DNA of 63,103 bases, filler included, from Octopus bimaculoides (Eukaryota), in NCBI RefSeq assembly GCF_001194135.2. It is 7 parts of 6 records of this genome, joined end to end, with 100 filler letters (N's around TTAATTAATTAA, not from the genome) between each part and the next. Parts side by side here need not be neighbours in the genome. Positions count along the whole stretch, not along the records: positions 23,484 to 31,861 come from NC_068983.1; positions 31,962 to 36,511 come from NC_069009.1; 5 more parts are not named here. The stretch is one strand, 5' to 3'. Positions 24,380 to 35,366 of the stretch are shown here, piece by piece. The first letter of the stretch is position 1; each line of letters begins with the position of its first letter. The translations under genes were made by a program, and so were the position numbers. The notes under the pieces are model-generated. The model did not search any database and was not told where the DNA came from. It saw nothing but the letters and a program-made list of their open reading frames with translations.

Positions 24380-25500
24380 AAAGAACGGGATCAAGACAAT
24401 GGGGAAGGAAAAAATAAAAGGAAGAAAAATGAAAGATACAGGTTGGAGAAGGAAAGAGGAATTTAAATAATGAAGACATTCAGTAATCGAAAGTTGTTAT
24501 ATTTAAGGTGAAGTGATTTTACTGGGGAAACAGAAGGAAAGAGAGGTGAAAAGAGAATCGGATTGCAACGGGGATGTGAAGTAAGAAACAGTGATAGTGA
24601 AAGGGGTAGAGGGATAGGCAGGGAGGGAGAGAGATAGACAGGGACACAGGGGACAGACTGACAAGTAGTGAAAGACTAGAATCTGAAGAAGCAAGCCACG
24701 GTCTGCATAAGCTATCCAAACAGGGTGTGTGAGGAGATGATGTAACGGAGAGAGAGAGAGAGAAAGAAAGAGATGGAGCAAGCAAGTGAGAAAAACAGGG
24801 ATAGAAACAGACAGACAGAGCAAATAAAGCCTCTCAAAAGTGTGAAATAAAGAAGGTCAGCTATAAAGTCGACCTGAAAGGCAGAAAAAGCGATAGAGAG
24901 GGTTGGAGAGAAGCAGGTTGAACTTGAGAAATAAAATTAAGTGGGTGGGTGTGAGGATGATTTGATAAAGTAAGAAGGTAAATTGGTGCCATTTCCTTCA
25001 AATTTTCGGTAAATTATATATGGAGAGACTATTGATTGAGGGGTATTTTAGATGAGAGTATTGTATAGTACGGGAGCGGTTATGTTAGTGGAGAGAGCAG
25101 AAGGAAGGTAGAGGCAAAGAGAAAATATAAGTGAAAGAAAGGATAGAGATTAGAAGGGAAGAGGAAGGATACATTAAATAGGAAGGAGAGAAAGAGAAAG
25201 TCAAAGAGAAAGAAAAGGAGTGAGTTAGTAAATGTAAAGGAAGATCAGAAAGATAAATAAGGGATAAAGAGAACCGAGGGAAATTTAATTGGAAAAAGGA
25301 GTAAAAGATTTGGCTTGGTATATATATATATATATATATATACCAAGAGAGAGAGAAAGAGAGAGGGATAGAGAGAGAAGAGAAGGACTGGTGAAGGAGG
25401 TAGAGAAAGAGGTCGAGAAAGATTACATGGCTGGTGAAAGTAGCAAGAGAATAGAAGAATAGAGATATGGAGACGAATAGAATGTGAAACAAAAAGGTGA
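24380..25500. repeat. Long purine-rich low-complexity tract (pyrimidine-rich counterpart 10450-11000)
   Basis: Strong G/A strand bias with embedded (GA)n and (TA)n. Confidence 0.8.
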
Positions 25501-26599
25501 AGTTGATAAAACAAATTGAAAGGAATTTGTTAATTAATTGTTTGTTAGTATGCGTGTATATGTGTATGTTTGAGTTTGTAATTGTTCCTTGTTTTTTTTT
25601 CTCTTTTTCCTGTGTAATGATAACAATACTAATTATTAATTGTTATCGGTAAAAATAACTGGAGGAGAAAAGCAGCTGGAAATGTGAAGTGATGCTAAAA
25701 ATCAAACTGGCGGTAACAACAGCAATAACTTCAACAACTAAATGAAAAATAAATGAAAAGAAACAAGTAAAAATTGAAAAGAAAAAATGTATTCGTTGTA
25801 TGTTCCTTTTCTGCATTTTTTTAAACGTATCTCTTCGAAAAGCAGCACCATATAGTGAATGAATTAAATATTTTATTGAGTTAATTCTTTTCAAGTTCGG
25901 TTTTTTTAGAAAGTATTTCTCGTTATTTTTTAATGTTCGTGTAATATTACATCCCTTCTTTCGCAGAATATTCAATTATTTCATTACTCAAAAGTAAATA
26001 TTTAAATTATTTTAGATATGATGGGGGAATAAGAGTGTCATAGGGTTGGTAGAGTTGAAGTTTAATTCTCAGGTTTTCACGTACATAACACAGTTTGGGA
26101 GCATTTCCTGTAATGGTTTAACTTCAGGTGTTTCATTAACGCAACAGCCATTTTCTTACATGCTACGGAGGTTATAAAACTGACTATGAAAATTTCAGTA
26201 ACTAACTTATTAATGTTGTTGATATTGTTGTTGTTCTTAACTTCTCCCACGTCTACCTTGCTAGAATAAATCTAAGAGTAATGCCCTTCTGGCCATGACT
26301 ATCACATCTTTTATTCAGATTGTGTATCTATCACGACATTATCCAATGAACCCTTTCTTTTTAAGAAGGTAGAGCATGACTCGAGAAAAATTTCGTTGCT
26401 ATTGCTATCAGGTTGAGAAACCACTTAGAAGCTCCTTCAGTGACTCTAAAAAAGCGAGATATACGTAAAATATTGATTTCTTCTTATCAAACAATGGCGC
26501 TGTTGTAAATCCTTAGAAAAGTGTGTACATTAAAACTCGATTATCTGACGTGTAGTATATGGGATTTGTCAGCAAAAGAAGGGCAACATCCATGACACT

Positions 26600-27415
26600 T
26601 TTTAGAGCCTCTCTTACTGATGGGAGGAAGGGAACTAGTTAAAACTATCCACAAATTAGAAACCTAACCAGAATGTTTGCAACTATGTAAATTCCACTAA
26701 AGAACCAGATCCTAATAATCAACTGAACGATAATTTAAGTCTACAAAAATGATTATTCCACTGAGTTTTCGCCCACCAAATTTCATTCGGTTGGTTTCAG
26801 AAGTTATCATACTATGGGATGGATCAAACGCGGAGATAAAAAGGAGCACATCTTGGTTATAGAGCATAACATACCGTTTTACATTAATACATGGCGGTGA
26901 AGCTTCAGGAGACGTCAATCTGAAACCAATGTACGTGTATCATTGAAAAACATCATGATCAATGAAAGGAATATCAAAAGTACATTTACTTATGATTTGA
27001 AAATCCGTCCAGAAGGCTTGTGTAAGAAAGAAATTTATACGCAGAGGTCTGTTCCACACAAAGATTTGTGGTCGGCAGCGAAAAGATACCACAAACAACG
27101 TAATCATGAACTAAAGGGGTTATTGCTGATATTCTACAGACTTGCGTTCCTGCCTAAATAGTATATTTGGTATTAAAAGAAACCCACTTTCTTAGAATAA
27201 CCCATGGATCGGGATATAATTTCAAATATCAGATTCTACTTCATTCGTTGCACTTTCAAACAACTTATTAAAGAAACAAATGGTCTAAGTATGCAATCTA
27301 TCGGGACTTTTGGAAAAATTACAATATCGTGAAAGCTATAGACAGTATAAAAGCAGGCAGGGGTGACGTAACTTGGAACTGCGTGAACAGAGTTTGAAAG
27401 AAGCTATGGCCAAGA
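26600..27415 (+). mobile_element. Decayed Tigger/pogo (TIGD-like) transposase relic
   Basis: Ordered DDE-domain motifs across frameshifts: RFTLIHGGEASGDVNLKPMYVYH (~26875-26943), FLP, PMDRDII...FKQLI (~27201), FWKNYNIVKAIDSIKAG...NRV*KKLWP (27308-27413). Confidence 0.65.
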
Positions 27416-27974
27416 GCACGACTAGAAATATTGGCACGAAGAAATATTGATTTAAAATTTTGGTACAAGGCCAGTAATGTCCGGGTAGGGGGTAAATCAA
27501 TTACATCGACCCCCCAGTTTTCAACTGCTACTTATTTTTTATGACTCTGCAAAGTTGAAATGAAAAACCGACCTCGGAGGAATATGAAATCAGAATGTAA
27601 AAATGGACGAAATGCCGTTAAGCATTTTGCCTGCATGCTAATGTTTCTGCCAAATCGCCGCCTTATTTGACGAAGAAATATTACCTGCTATCATCAATGA
27701 CATCGTTGAGTTAGCCAATGAAAAGAGAATGCAAAATATCAATATAAAAGTACTGGAGTGTCATAGTCAGAGTTGATCTACCAAACGGTATCGAAGTTAG
27801 CACAGCAACGTATCAAAAATGAGCCAGAATACTCTACTATAATACCAGATATTGATAATTTTATTACCCTATGGGCTATACTGAATAACAGCAACAAATA
27901 TACTCACTGCTCTAAATTTGAGTGGCTTCTGTAATTATAAGAAATAATTCGCAAATTTTCTACATTTCTAAATA

Positions 27975-28673
27975 CAGACTGTCCTCATTTAACGACCGAC
28001 TTACGTTCCAAGAGCCCCGTCGTTAAGCAAATTCGTCGTTAAGCAAATTCGTCGTTAAGCAAATTCGTCGTTAAACGAATATTCATAGGATACGTATTTT
28101 TTTTATAGGTATAGTGTATTGTACGTACATATAAAAACAGAATACCGTACTGTATAAAGTATATGTAGTACAGGATCAAGAATCACTAATATAAATTGTT
28201 GAAAAATGAATAAGTAACAGTAAGATTATCACAAGGAAAACCTTAAAAGTTAGGATATGGATACTGTAGCTCAGACATCGTAAGTATGTTTGTGATTCCA
28301 GGCCCAGTACATAAGATGCCCAATAAACTTTTCTCAGGATTATATAGAAAAGGTGAAAAGGTTTAAAGGAAACTCAAACATAATAACTTTGCTTTACTTT
28401 GGATAAAGATTACAAAAGCAACTCATTCTTGACATCAAAATGCATGAAAAATCCCGTCAGTATTGTTTGCTTTGTTATCTTCTTTTTTTCGTCATAAGTT
28501 TCTCGATAACATCGTCATGAATTTCTCGATAACACGTTCTCGTACAGCGCACAATACGACGGTCAAAGTTTTAAAGTTTTTATACTTTGTAAAATATGTA
28601 ATGACGGCTCGTAAAGTTCGTCGTAACTCCGAGTGGTCGTTAAATAGGTAGGTCGTTAAATGAGGACAGTCTG
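27975..28673. mobile_element. Tigger/pogo-type non-autonomous element (699 bp)
   Basis: Perfect 23-bp TIR CAGACTGTCCTCATTTAACGACC flanked by TA on both sides; subterminal 16-bp tandem repeat GTCGTTAAGCAAATTC x3 plus a partial copy (28019-28080). Confidence 0.85.
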
Positions 28674-30319
28674 TAAAAGAGTTAATTTCAAAATGTTGCC
28701 AAGAAAATTGGTTCGTTCTATTAAATTTCCACACAGATATTCAGCATGTTTTGTCCGACTGAAAAACGAGAGAACCATCAATACTAAAGTCATTTCGTAG
28801 AGATGATTTTTACTGTCTCGCTAGAACACGAATCACGTAATATAAGCTTACAGTTTCAATCCACACGTAAGAATACACTGGAAGCCTGAGGAGAACGTGC
28901 TATTACTTTCAAAATAAAATGCAGGGAACTTGTAAGAAATATTCAAAGGCTTGCCGGCTCCGGTAATAGTATTCTCCAATTTATTTGGTTTATTGTGAAT
29001 TGACAAGGATAAAGCCTTGCGCTCCATTTGGAAATAGTCAGAAGTACCCTTAAAGTCGGTATCTTCTGTTAGCTACTTCTGTAGCTAAACAACACGATGG
29101 CGAAACTGTTGAAAATGAGATGCACAAACGGTGACTATGAAACAGTGACAATTTGACATGATGTTTTTAGCAACAACGGCAAAAAAAAAAAAAAAAAAAA
29201 AAATCTCGCTTTTACTAAACATTAAACGGAAATAAATGCGTAAGGAAACTGTTTGACCTGGTTTTATTGTTCACATCTATCACAAGAAGTGAATGGTCGA
29301 AAGTGGTTTGAAAATGTAATTGGAGAAAAATGTTGTCCGGTTGTCCAGGTGACTAGTTGAAAAAAGTTGGTGAGAGATCTATTCTAAATCACCAAAAGCA
29401 ACAAAGAAAAATAAAGACAAGCAATTAAAATTTTAGCGCCAAACTTAGGAACCAGCTATTACTGGTTTAACTTCATTCTGCAGTATCTGTAGTCTACGCT
29501 GTGAAATGGTCTATTTGGGTTAAGGTCGGGGTTTGAAAATTCAGAAGGCCAAGGCTTGCTTATGCCTCTTTATGTCTACACAAGAAATGTTCTTCATGAA
29601 CATCTACAGTGAATCATACCTGTAGACTATTTTGGGAGCGATAAACATAATTTTATTATTTTCACGATATTTTGGCATTTTTATTTACTTCCTCATCTAA
29701 TTATCAGCTTTTATCGGGTGAATTTTTCAACAATAACTTCGTCATTATTGACAGCTCGGGCACTTTAGCATATAAAAATATATGAGCCGATGTATTTATA
29801 TTCCAAATATATTTCTTATATAGGTGTGTCTGTCTCAGTTTATCTGAATGCATGAGTGTATATGCATGTGTATGTATTTGTATACTCTATATGCGTGTGC
29901 GTATAAATATACGTATGTGTATGTATTCGCACATATATGTATGTATATAAATGTATATGTGCATACATACATGCATGAAGGTATTTGTGTGCATATATAT
30001 GTGTTGTGAATACGTGTGTATGTATGTAAGAGTTTCTGAGTCCGTGCGCGTGTGTATGTTTCTGGGTGTATGTGAGTGCCTGTGTGTATGTGTGTGTATT
30101 TATAAGGGTTAAAATGCGTATACGTTACAAATACCTTCCTTATATAAATGCATCTGTGTCAGTTTAGCTAAATTTATGAGTGTATATGTATGCTCTGTAT
30201 ATGTGTATGTGTATGTATATATGTGTGTTTGTATTTGTTTGAGTGTGTGTTTACACCCACCCACACACACACATATATATATATATATATACACTCACAC
30301 ACACACACACACACACACG

Positions 30320-30351
<32 letters not shown>

Positions 30352-31389
30352 CACTCACACACACACACACAAATACACATATATACATGATGCGTGATAA
30401 GTATGTAGCTGTGAATATTTGGTAAGTTTATCTGTTAATATAATATTGAATCATATTTTATATACGTGTGTATCTTCACACATGGACATACCTGTCATTT
30501 TGTCATTTCATAACTGCAAATACAGGAGCAGGAATAAGAGAGTGTATGTGAATATGTATAGACGTTGTGTTATGTCCGTTTGGAGGTTTATATGTCTAAA
30601 TATTAAACAAGACAGAAAAAAGGTCATCTCCCGGGACACAAAATACAAATAAACTTTTCGAAAGGAATTGGATTTGATTGGCAGAGATTACCAGCACTGA
30701 CACAATGTTATTATTTGATGGTTGCCAATGTATAACCTAAGGATATGAAATATGAAGAAACAAAACGCTTCGCTGAACTATAACTAAGATATTAACCATT
30801 TGCTTTATTCCAGTATTGAATTGTCTTTTACTTTTCTCATAATTTTATTGCGTAGACAAGCAAACTACTAAATAAAAAATGTGGGTATCTGTGTTTGTAT
30901 ATAATAATACGAATATTTATGTATGTATATATATATATATATATNNNNNNNNNNNNNNNNNNNNNNNNNNNNNNNNNNNNNNNNNNNNNNNNNNNNNNNN
31001 NNNNNNNNNNNNNNNNNNNNNNNNNNNNNNNNNNNNNNNNNNNNNNNNNNNNNNNNNNNNNNNNNNNNNNNNNNNNNNNNNNNNNNNNNNNNNNNNNNNN
31101 NNNNNNNNNNNNNNNNNNNNNNNNNNNNNNNNNNNNNNNNNNNNNNNNNNNNNNNNNNNNNNNNNNNNNNNNNNNNNNNNNNNNNNNNNNNNNNNNNNNN
31201 NNNNNNNNNNNNNNNNNNNNNNNNNNNNNNNNNNNNNNNNNNNNNNNNNNNNNNNNNNNNNNNNNNNNNNNNNNNNNNNNNNNNNNNNNNNNNNNNNNNN
31301 NNNNNNNNNNNNNNNNNNNNNNNNNNNNNNNNNNNNNNNNNNNNNNNNNNNNNNNNNNNNNNNNNNNNNNNNNNNNNNNNNNNNNNNNN

Positions 31390-31861
31390 GACGAGGACAG
31401 GTGGTGTAAATAACAAAAGGATGTATTAGTATGACGCTCGGGAATACGGAAAGTCTTTGACGTTTCGAGCTACGCTCTTCAACAGAAAGAATACGAAGAC
31501 AAGGAGAAAAACACGGAGAAAAAAAATTGAATAGTGTCCAGTCAACGGTCAATCATAATAATGGCTGATCATAACAATGGCTGACCGGAAGTTAGAAATT
31601 CTTTTTTCAGGAGAGCTAAGAAAAGGGGGAGATAACAAACGGTGATCGAAGAACGAGGGGCTGTGTGTGGGAGATAGAATGCTGGTGATCCTGACGTATG
31701 TAGTGTGAAAATTGGGAAGGGAGCAAAGCACTTGGTCAGTTGTAGTGTGATGCGAGGGTATTGGTGTGGTGTGATGTGAGGGTGTTGGGAGGTGGGGAAC
31801 GCATGGGTGGAGTGTGGGTTAGGCTGAGGGTGGGATAGAGCTAGGGGTCTGTAGGTAGGGG
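31390..31861 (-). mobile_element. Penelope-like terminal-repeat segment carrying a hammerhead motif; gap-truncated
   Basis: Homologous to 31990-32170 (+), 57810-58010 (+) and partly 56655-56705 (-); C-rich leader on the minus strand precedes the motif. No PLE ORF is visible, so the PLE link is inferred. Confidence 0.5.
31454..31490 (-). ncRNA. Minimal hammerhead motif, A6U variant with extra A, GUC site
   Basis: Minus strand TCTTT-CTGTTGA-A-GAGC-GTA-GCTC-GAAACGT-C-AAAGA; ACGT palindrome as stem III. Confidence 0.7.
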
Positions 31862-31961
31862 NNNNNNNNNNNNNNNNNNNNNNNNNNNNNNNNNNNNNNN
31901 NNNNNTTAATTAATTAANNNNNNNNNNNNNNNNNNNNNNNNNNNNNNNNNNNNNNNNNNNN

Positions 31962-31995
<34 letters not shown>

Positions 31996-32046
31996 GCCAT
32001 GATAGATCGCTGACCACTACAGCTATATTTTTTTTCTCTCCTTGTT

Positions 32047-32084
32047 TCTTTCTGTTGAAGAGCGTAGGCTCGAAACGTTAAAGA
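32047..32084 (+). ncRNA. Minimal hammerhead motif, A6U variant with extra A, GUU site
   Basis: TCTTT-CTGTTGA-A-GAGC-GTAG-GCTC-GAAACGT-T-AAAGA. Confidence 0.7.
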
Positions 32085-32277
32085 CATTCTTTATTCCCGA
32101 GCGTTATACTATAATACATCCATTTGTTGTTTACACCACCTGTCTTCGTCTGTTGTTTTTTTAGTAAATTCTCCCATATATATGTATGTATGTATGTATA
32201 CATGATGGGCTTCTCTCAGTTTCCATCCACTAAATTCCTTCACAAAACTTTGGTCAGTCTGATGTTAAATTACGAGG

Positions 32278-32313
<36 letters not shown>

Positions 32314-32365
32314 TAGGTATTATTAATAAGTTAGAAAGCAGAGAGATCTATTGGATATAAATTAT

Positions 32366-32379
32366 TTTATTAATTTATT
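32366..32379 (-). terminator. Candidate polyadenylation signals of ZNF-B (another at 32566-32571)
   Basis: Two minus-strand AATAAA hexamers downstream of the relic fingers. Confidence 0.4.
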
Positions 32380-32583
32380 AATATCATCACCTACAACTGT
32401 TTCATTTTACAACCATAATTGAAATTAAAAAACATATATAAATATACATAATCTTGCATCTTAAAACCGTGGTGGAAAACCGTTGGGGTGCACAAAAGGA
32501 CAGTATAAAGAGAAGATCATGGTCTATTGGAATACTCCAATGTGTATATATGTGTGTATATATGCTTTATTTTTATGAGGTGG

Positions 32584-33023
32584 TCATGAAAGTTCTTGCA
32601 GTTTTTGAGTAGTTAAGTGTTCTTTTTGAGAAAATGACTTACCACAGATATTAGAGATGTGGTTTCTCACCAGTATGAATGTGTTTGTGAGTAGCTAATA
32701 CGTTGTTTAGACCAGGGGTTTCCAAACTGTGGTCCGCAAGGACAAGACAGGGGGTCCATGGACAGCAAATACTTTTTATGGGCAATTTGATTTTATATGT
32801 TTTTTAATCGAAATCTTTTAATTGACAATAAACCTATTTGTTAAATATTGTTAAGTAAACAAATGTAAAAATATGTTATTTTAAGCAAATATTTATGTAT
32901 AAATTTCATAAGCGACTATAAGGGGGTCCCTAAGGTAAAGCCTGAAATATAAAGGGGTCCGCAAGTCAAAAAGTTTGAAAACCCCTGGTTTAGATGAAAT
33001 GATTTACCACAGATATCACAGTG
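32584..33023 (-). pseudogene. Relic zinc fingers 28-29 and former C-terminus of ZNF-B, now in the 3' UTR
   Basis: After TAA, with the MITE removed: [27 protein letters not shown]; then, after a 2-nt deletion, [21 protein letters not shown] (TGA at 32584-32586). Confidence 0.85.
32713..32987. mobile_element. hAT (Charlie/Buster-type) MITE, 275 bp, inserted in relic finger 28
   Basis: TIR CAGGGGTTTCCAAACT / AGTTTGAAAACCCCTG (15/16); 8-bp TSD GTTTAGAC (32705-32712) / GTTTAGAT (32988-32995). Confidence 0.9.
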
Positions 33024-35366
33024 TTATGATTTCTCACCTGTATGCATACTTTTGTGAGAAGTTAAGTTACTCTTTCGAGAAAATGACTTACTACAAATAT
33101 CACAGTGATAAGGTTTCTCTCCTGTATGAATGCGTTTGTGTATAGTTACGTGATGACTTACATTGAATGATTTACCACAAATATTACAGTGATATGGCTT
33201 CTCTCCTGTATGAATGCGCTTGTGCCTAATTAAACGATTATTTACACTGAATGATTTACCACAGATATCACAGCAATATGGCTTCTCTCCTGTATGAATA
33301 CGTTTGTGATTTACCAAATTATTTCTGCTAGACAATGATTTACCACATATATCACAATGATGGGGTTTCTCTCCTGTGTGAACACGTTTATGTCGAATTA
33401 AATTACCAGTTTGAGAGAATTTTTTACCACATATATCACAGTGATACGGTTTTTCTCCAGTCTGAAAGCACTTGTGAACAATCAAGAGACCATTAGTAGT
33501 GAACGATATACCACAGATATCACAGTGATATGGCTTATCACCCGTATGAATACGTGTGTGAGTAGTTAAAGTACTTTTCTGAGAGAATGACTTACCACAG
33601 ACATCACAGTGATATGGTTTCTCGCCTGTGTGGGCGTATCTATGTCTGATAAAGCTACTCCTTACAGTGAATGACTTATCACATATATCACAGCAGTATG
33701 GTTTTTCTCCTGTGTGGATGCGTTTATGAGCTATTAAGACACTAATTACTGCAAATGATTTCCCACAGATATCACAGTGATGTGGTTTCTCACCTGTATG
33801 AATGTGTTTGTGAGTAGTTAAGATACTTTTTTGAGAGAATGACTTACCACAGATATCACAGTGATATGGTTTCTCACCTGTATGAATGTGTTTGTGAGTA
33901 GTTAAACTACCTTTCTGAGAGAATGACATACCACAGACATCACAGTGATGTGGTTTCTCACCTGTATGAATGTGTTTGTGAGTAGTTAAACTACCTTTGT
34001 GAGAGAACGACATACCACAGACATCACAGTGATATGGTTTCTCACCTGTATGCATACTTTTGTGAGAAGTTAAGTTACTCTTTCGAGAAAATGACTTACT
34101 GCAAATATTACAGTGATAAGGTTTCTCTCCTGTATGAATGCGTTTGTGCATAGTTAAGTGATGACTTACACTGAATGATTTACCACAGATATCACAGCAA
34201 TATGGCTTCTCTCCTGTATGAATACGTTTGTGATTTGCCAAATTATCTCTGCTAGACAATGATTTACCACATATATCACAATGATGGGGTTTCTCTCCTG
34301 TGTGAACACGTTTATGTTGAATTAAATTACTTGTTTGAGAGAATTTTTTACCACATATATCACAGTGATACGGTTTTTCTCCATTCTGAAAGCACTTGTG
34401 AACAAGCAAGAGACCATTAGTAGTGAACGATTTACCACAGATCTCACAGTGATATGGCTTATCACCTGTATGAATACGTGTGTGAGTAGTTAAACTACCT
34501 TTCTGAGAGAATGACTTACCACAGACATCACAGTGATATGGTTTTTCTCCTGTGTGAATGCGTTTATGAGTTTTTAAGGCATGAATTGCTGTAAATGACT
34601 TACCACAGATATCACAGTCATGTGGTTTCTCACCTGTATGAAGACGTTTATGATAAATTAAACCATTCATCTTAGTGAATGTTTTACCACAAATATTACA
34701 GAGATAGGATTTTTCTCCTGTATGAATGCGTTTGTGCAGAGTTAAATGACTAGTTTCACTGAATGATTTACCACAGATATCACAGTGATGTGGCTTCTCT
34801 CCTGTGTGAATACGTTTGTGATTTGCCAAACTATTTCTGGTAGACAATGATTTACCACATATATCACAATGATGGGGTTTCTCTCCTGTGTGAACACGTT
34901 CATGTTGAATGAAATTACTTGCCCGAGCAAATTTTTTACCACATATATCACAGTGATATGGTTTTTCTCCGGTATGAACACGCTTGTGAATAATCATGAT
35001 ATCATTTGTAGTGAATGACCCACCACAGATATCACATTGATATGGTTTCTCACCTGTATGAATACGTGTGTGAGTAGTTAAACTACCTTTCTGAGAGAAT
35101 GACTTACCACAGACATCACAGTGGTATGGTTTCTCACCTGTATGAATGTATTTATGTCTAATTAAGTTACTCTTTAGAGTGAATGGCTTACCACATATAT
35201 CACAGCAGTATGGTTTCTCTCGAGTAGAAATGCATTTATGAGAGGTTAGGTTCCCTCTCGAAGAGAAAAACTTTTTGCAGATATCACAATGATATGATAA
35301 TTTTTCGCTTTTTTTCGTCATCTCTTCACAAAACAAACCATCCTTTATATTTCTCACATAACTCAT
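33024..35366 (-). CDS. ZNF-B: 780-aa tandem C2H2 zinc-finger protein (27 fingers, TGEKP linkers, no effector domain seen)
   Basis: 84-bp finger periodicity, [10 protein letters not shown]...HTGEKP consensus; first ATG at 35366 (the track starts at GTG 35393, with an in-frame stop upstream); fingers 1, 11 and 22 lack the second His. Confidence 0.95.
   Translation of the reverse strand: [780 protein letters not shown]

Noticed and set aside
28019-28080. CRISPR-like short direct repeats
   Set aside because: Contiguous 16-bp tandem units with no spacers, inside a Tigger-type MITE in a eukaryotic genome.
29201-29224. U5 snRNA loop-I-like AAATCTCGCTTTTACTAAA
   Set aside because: Only about 20 nt of similarity, stem not formed, no Sm site or other U5 elements.
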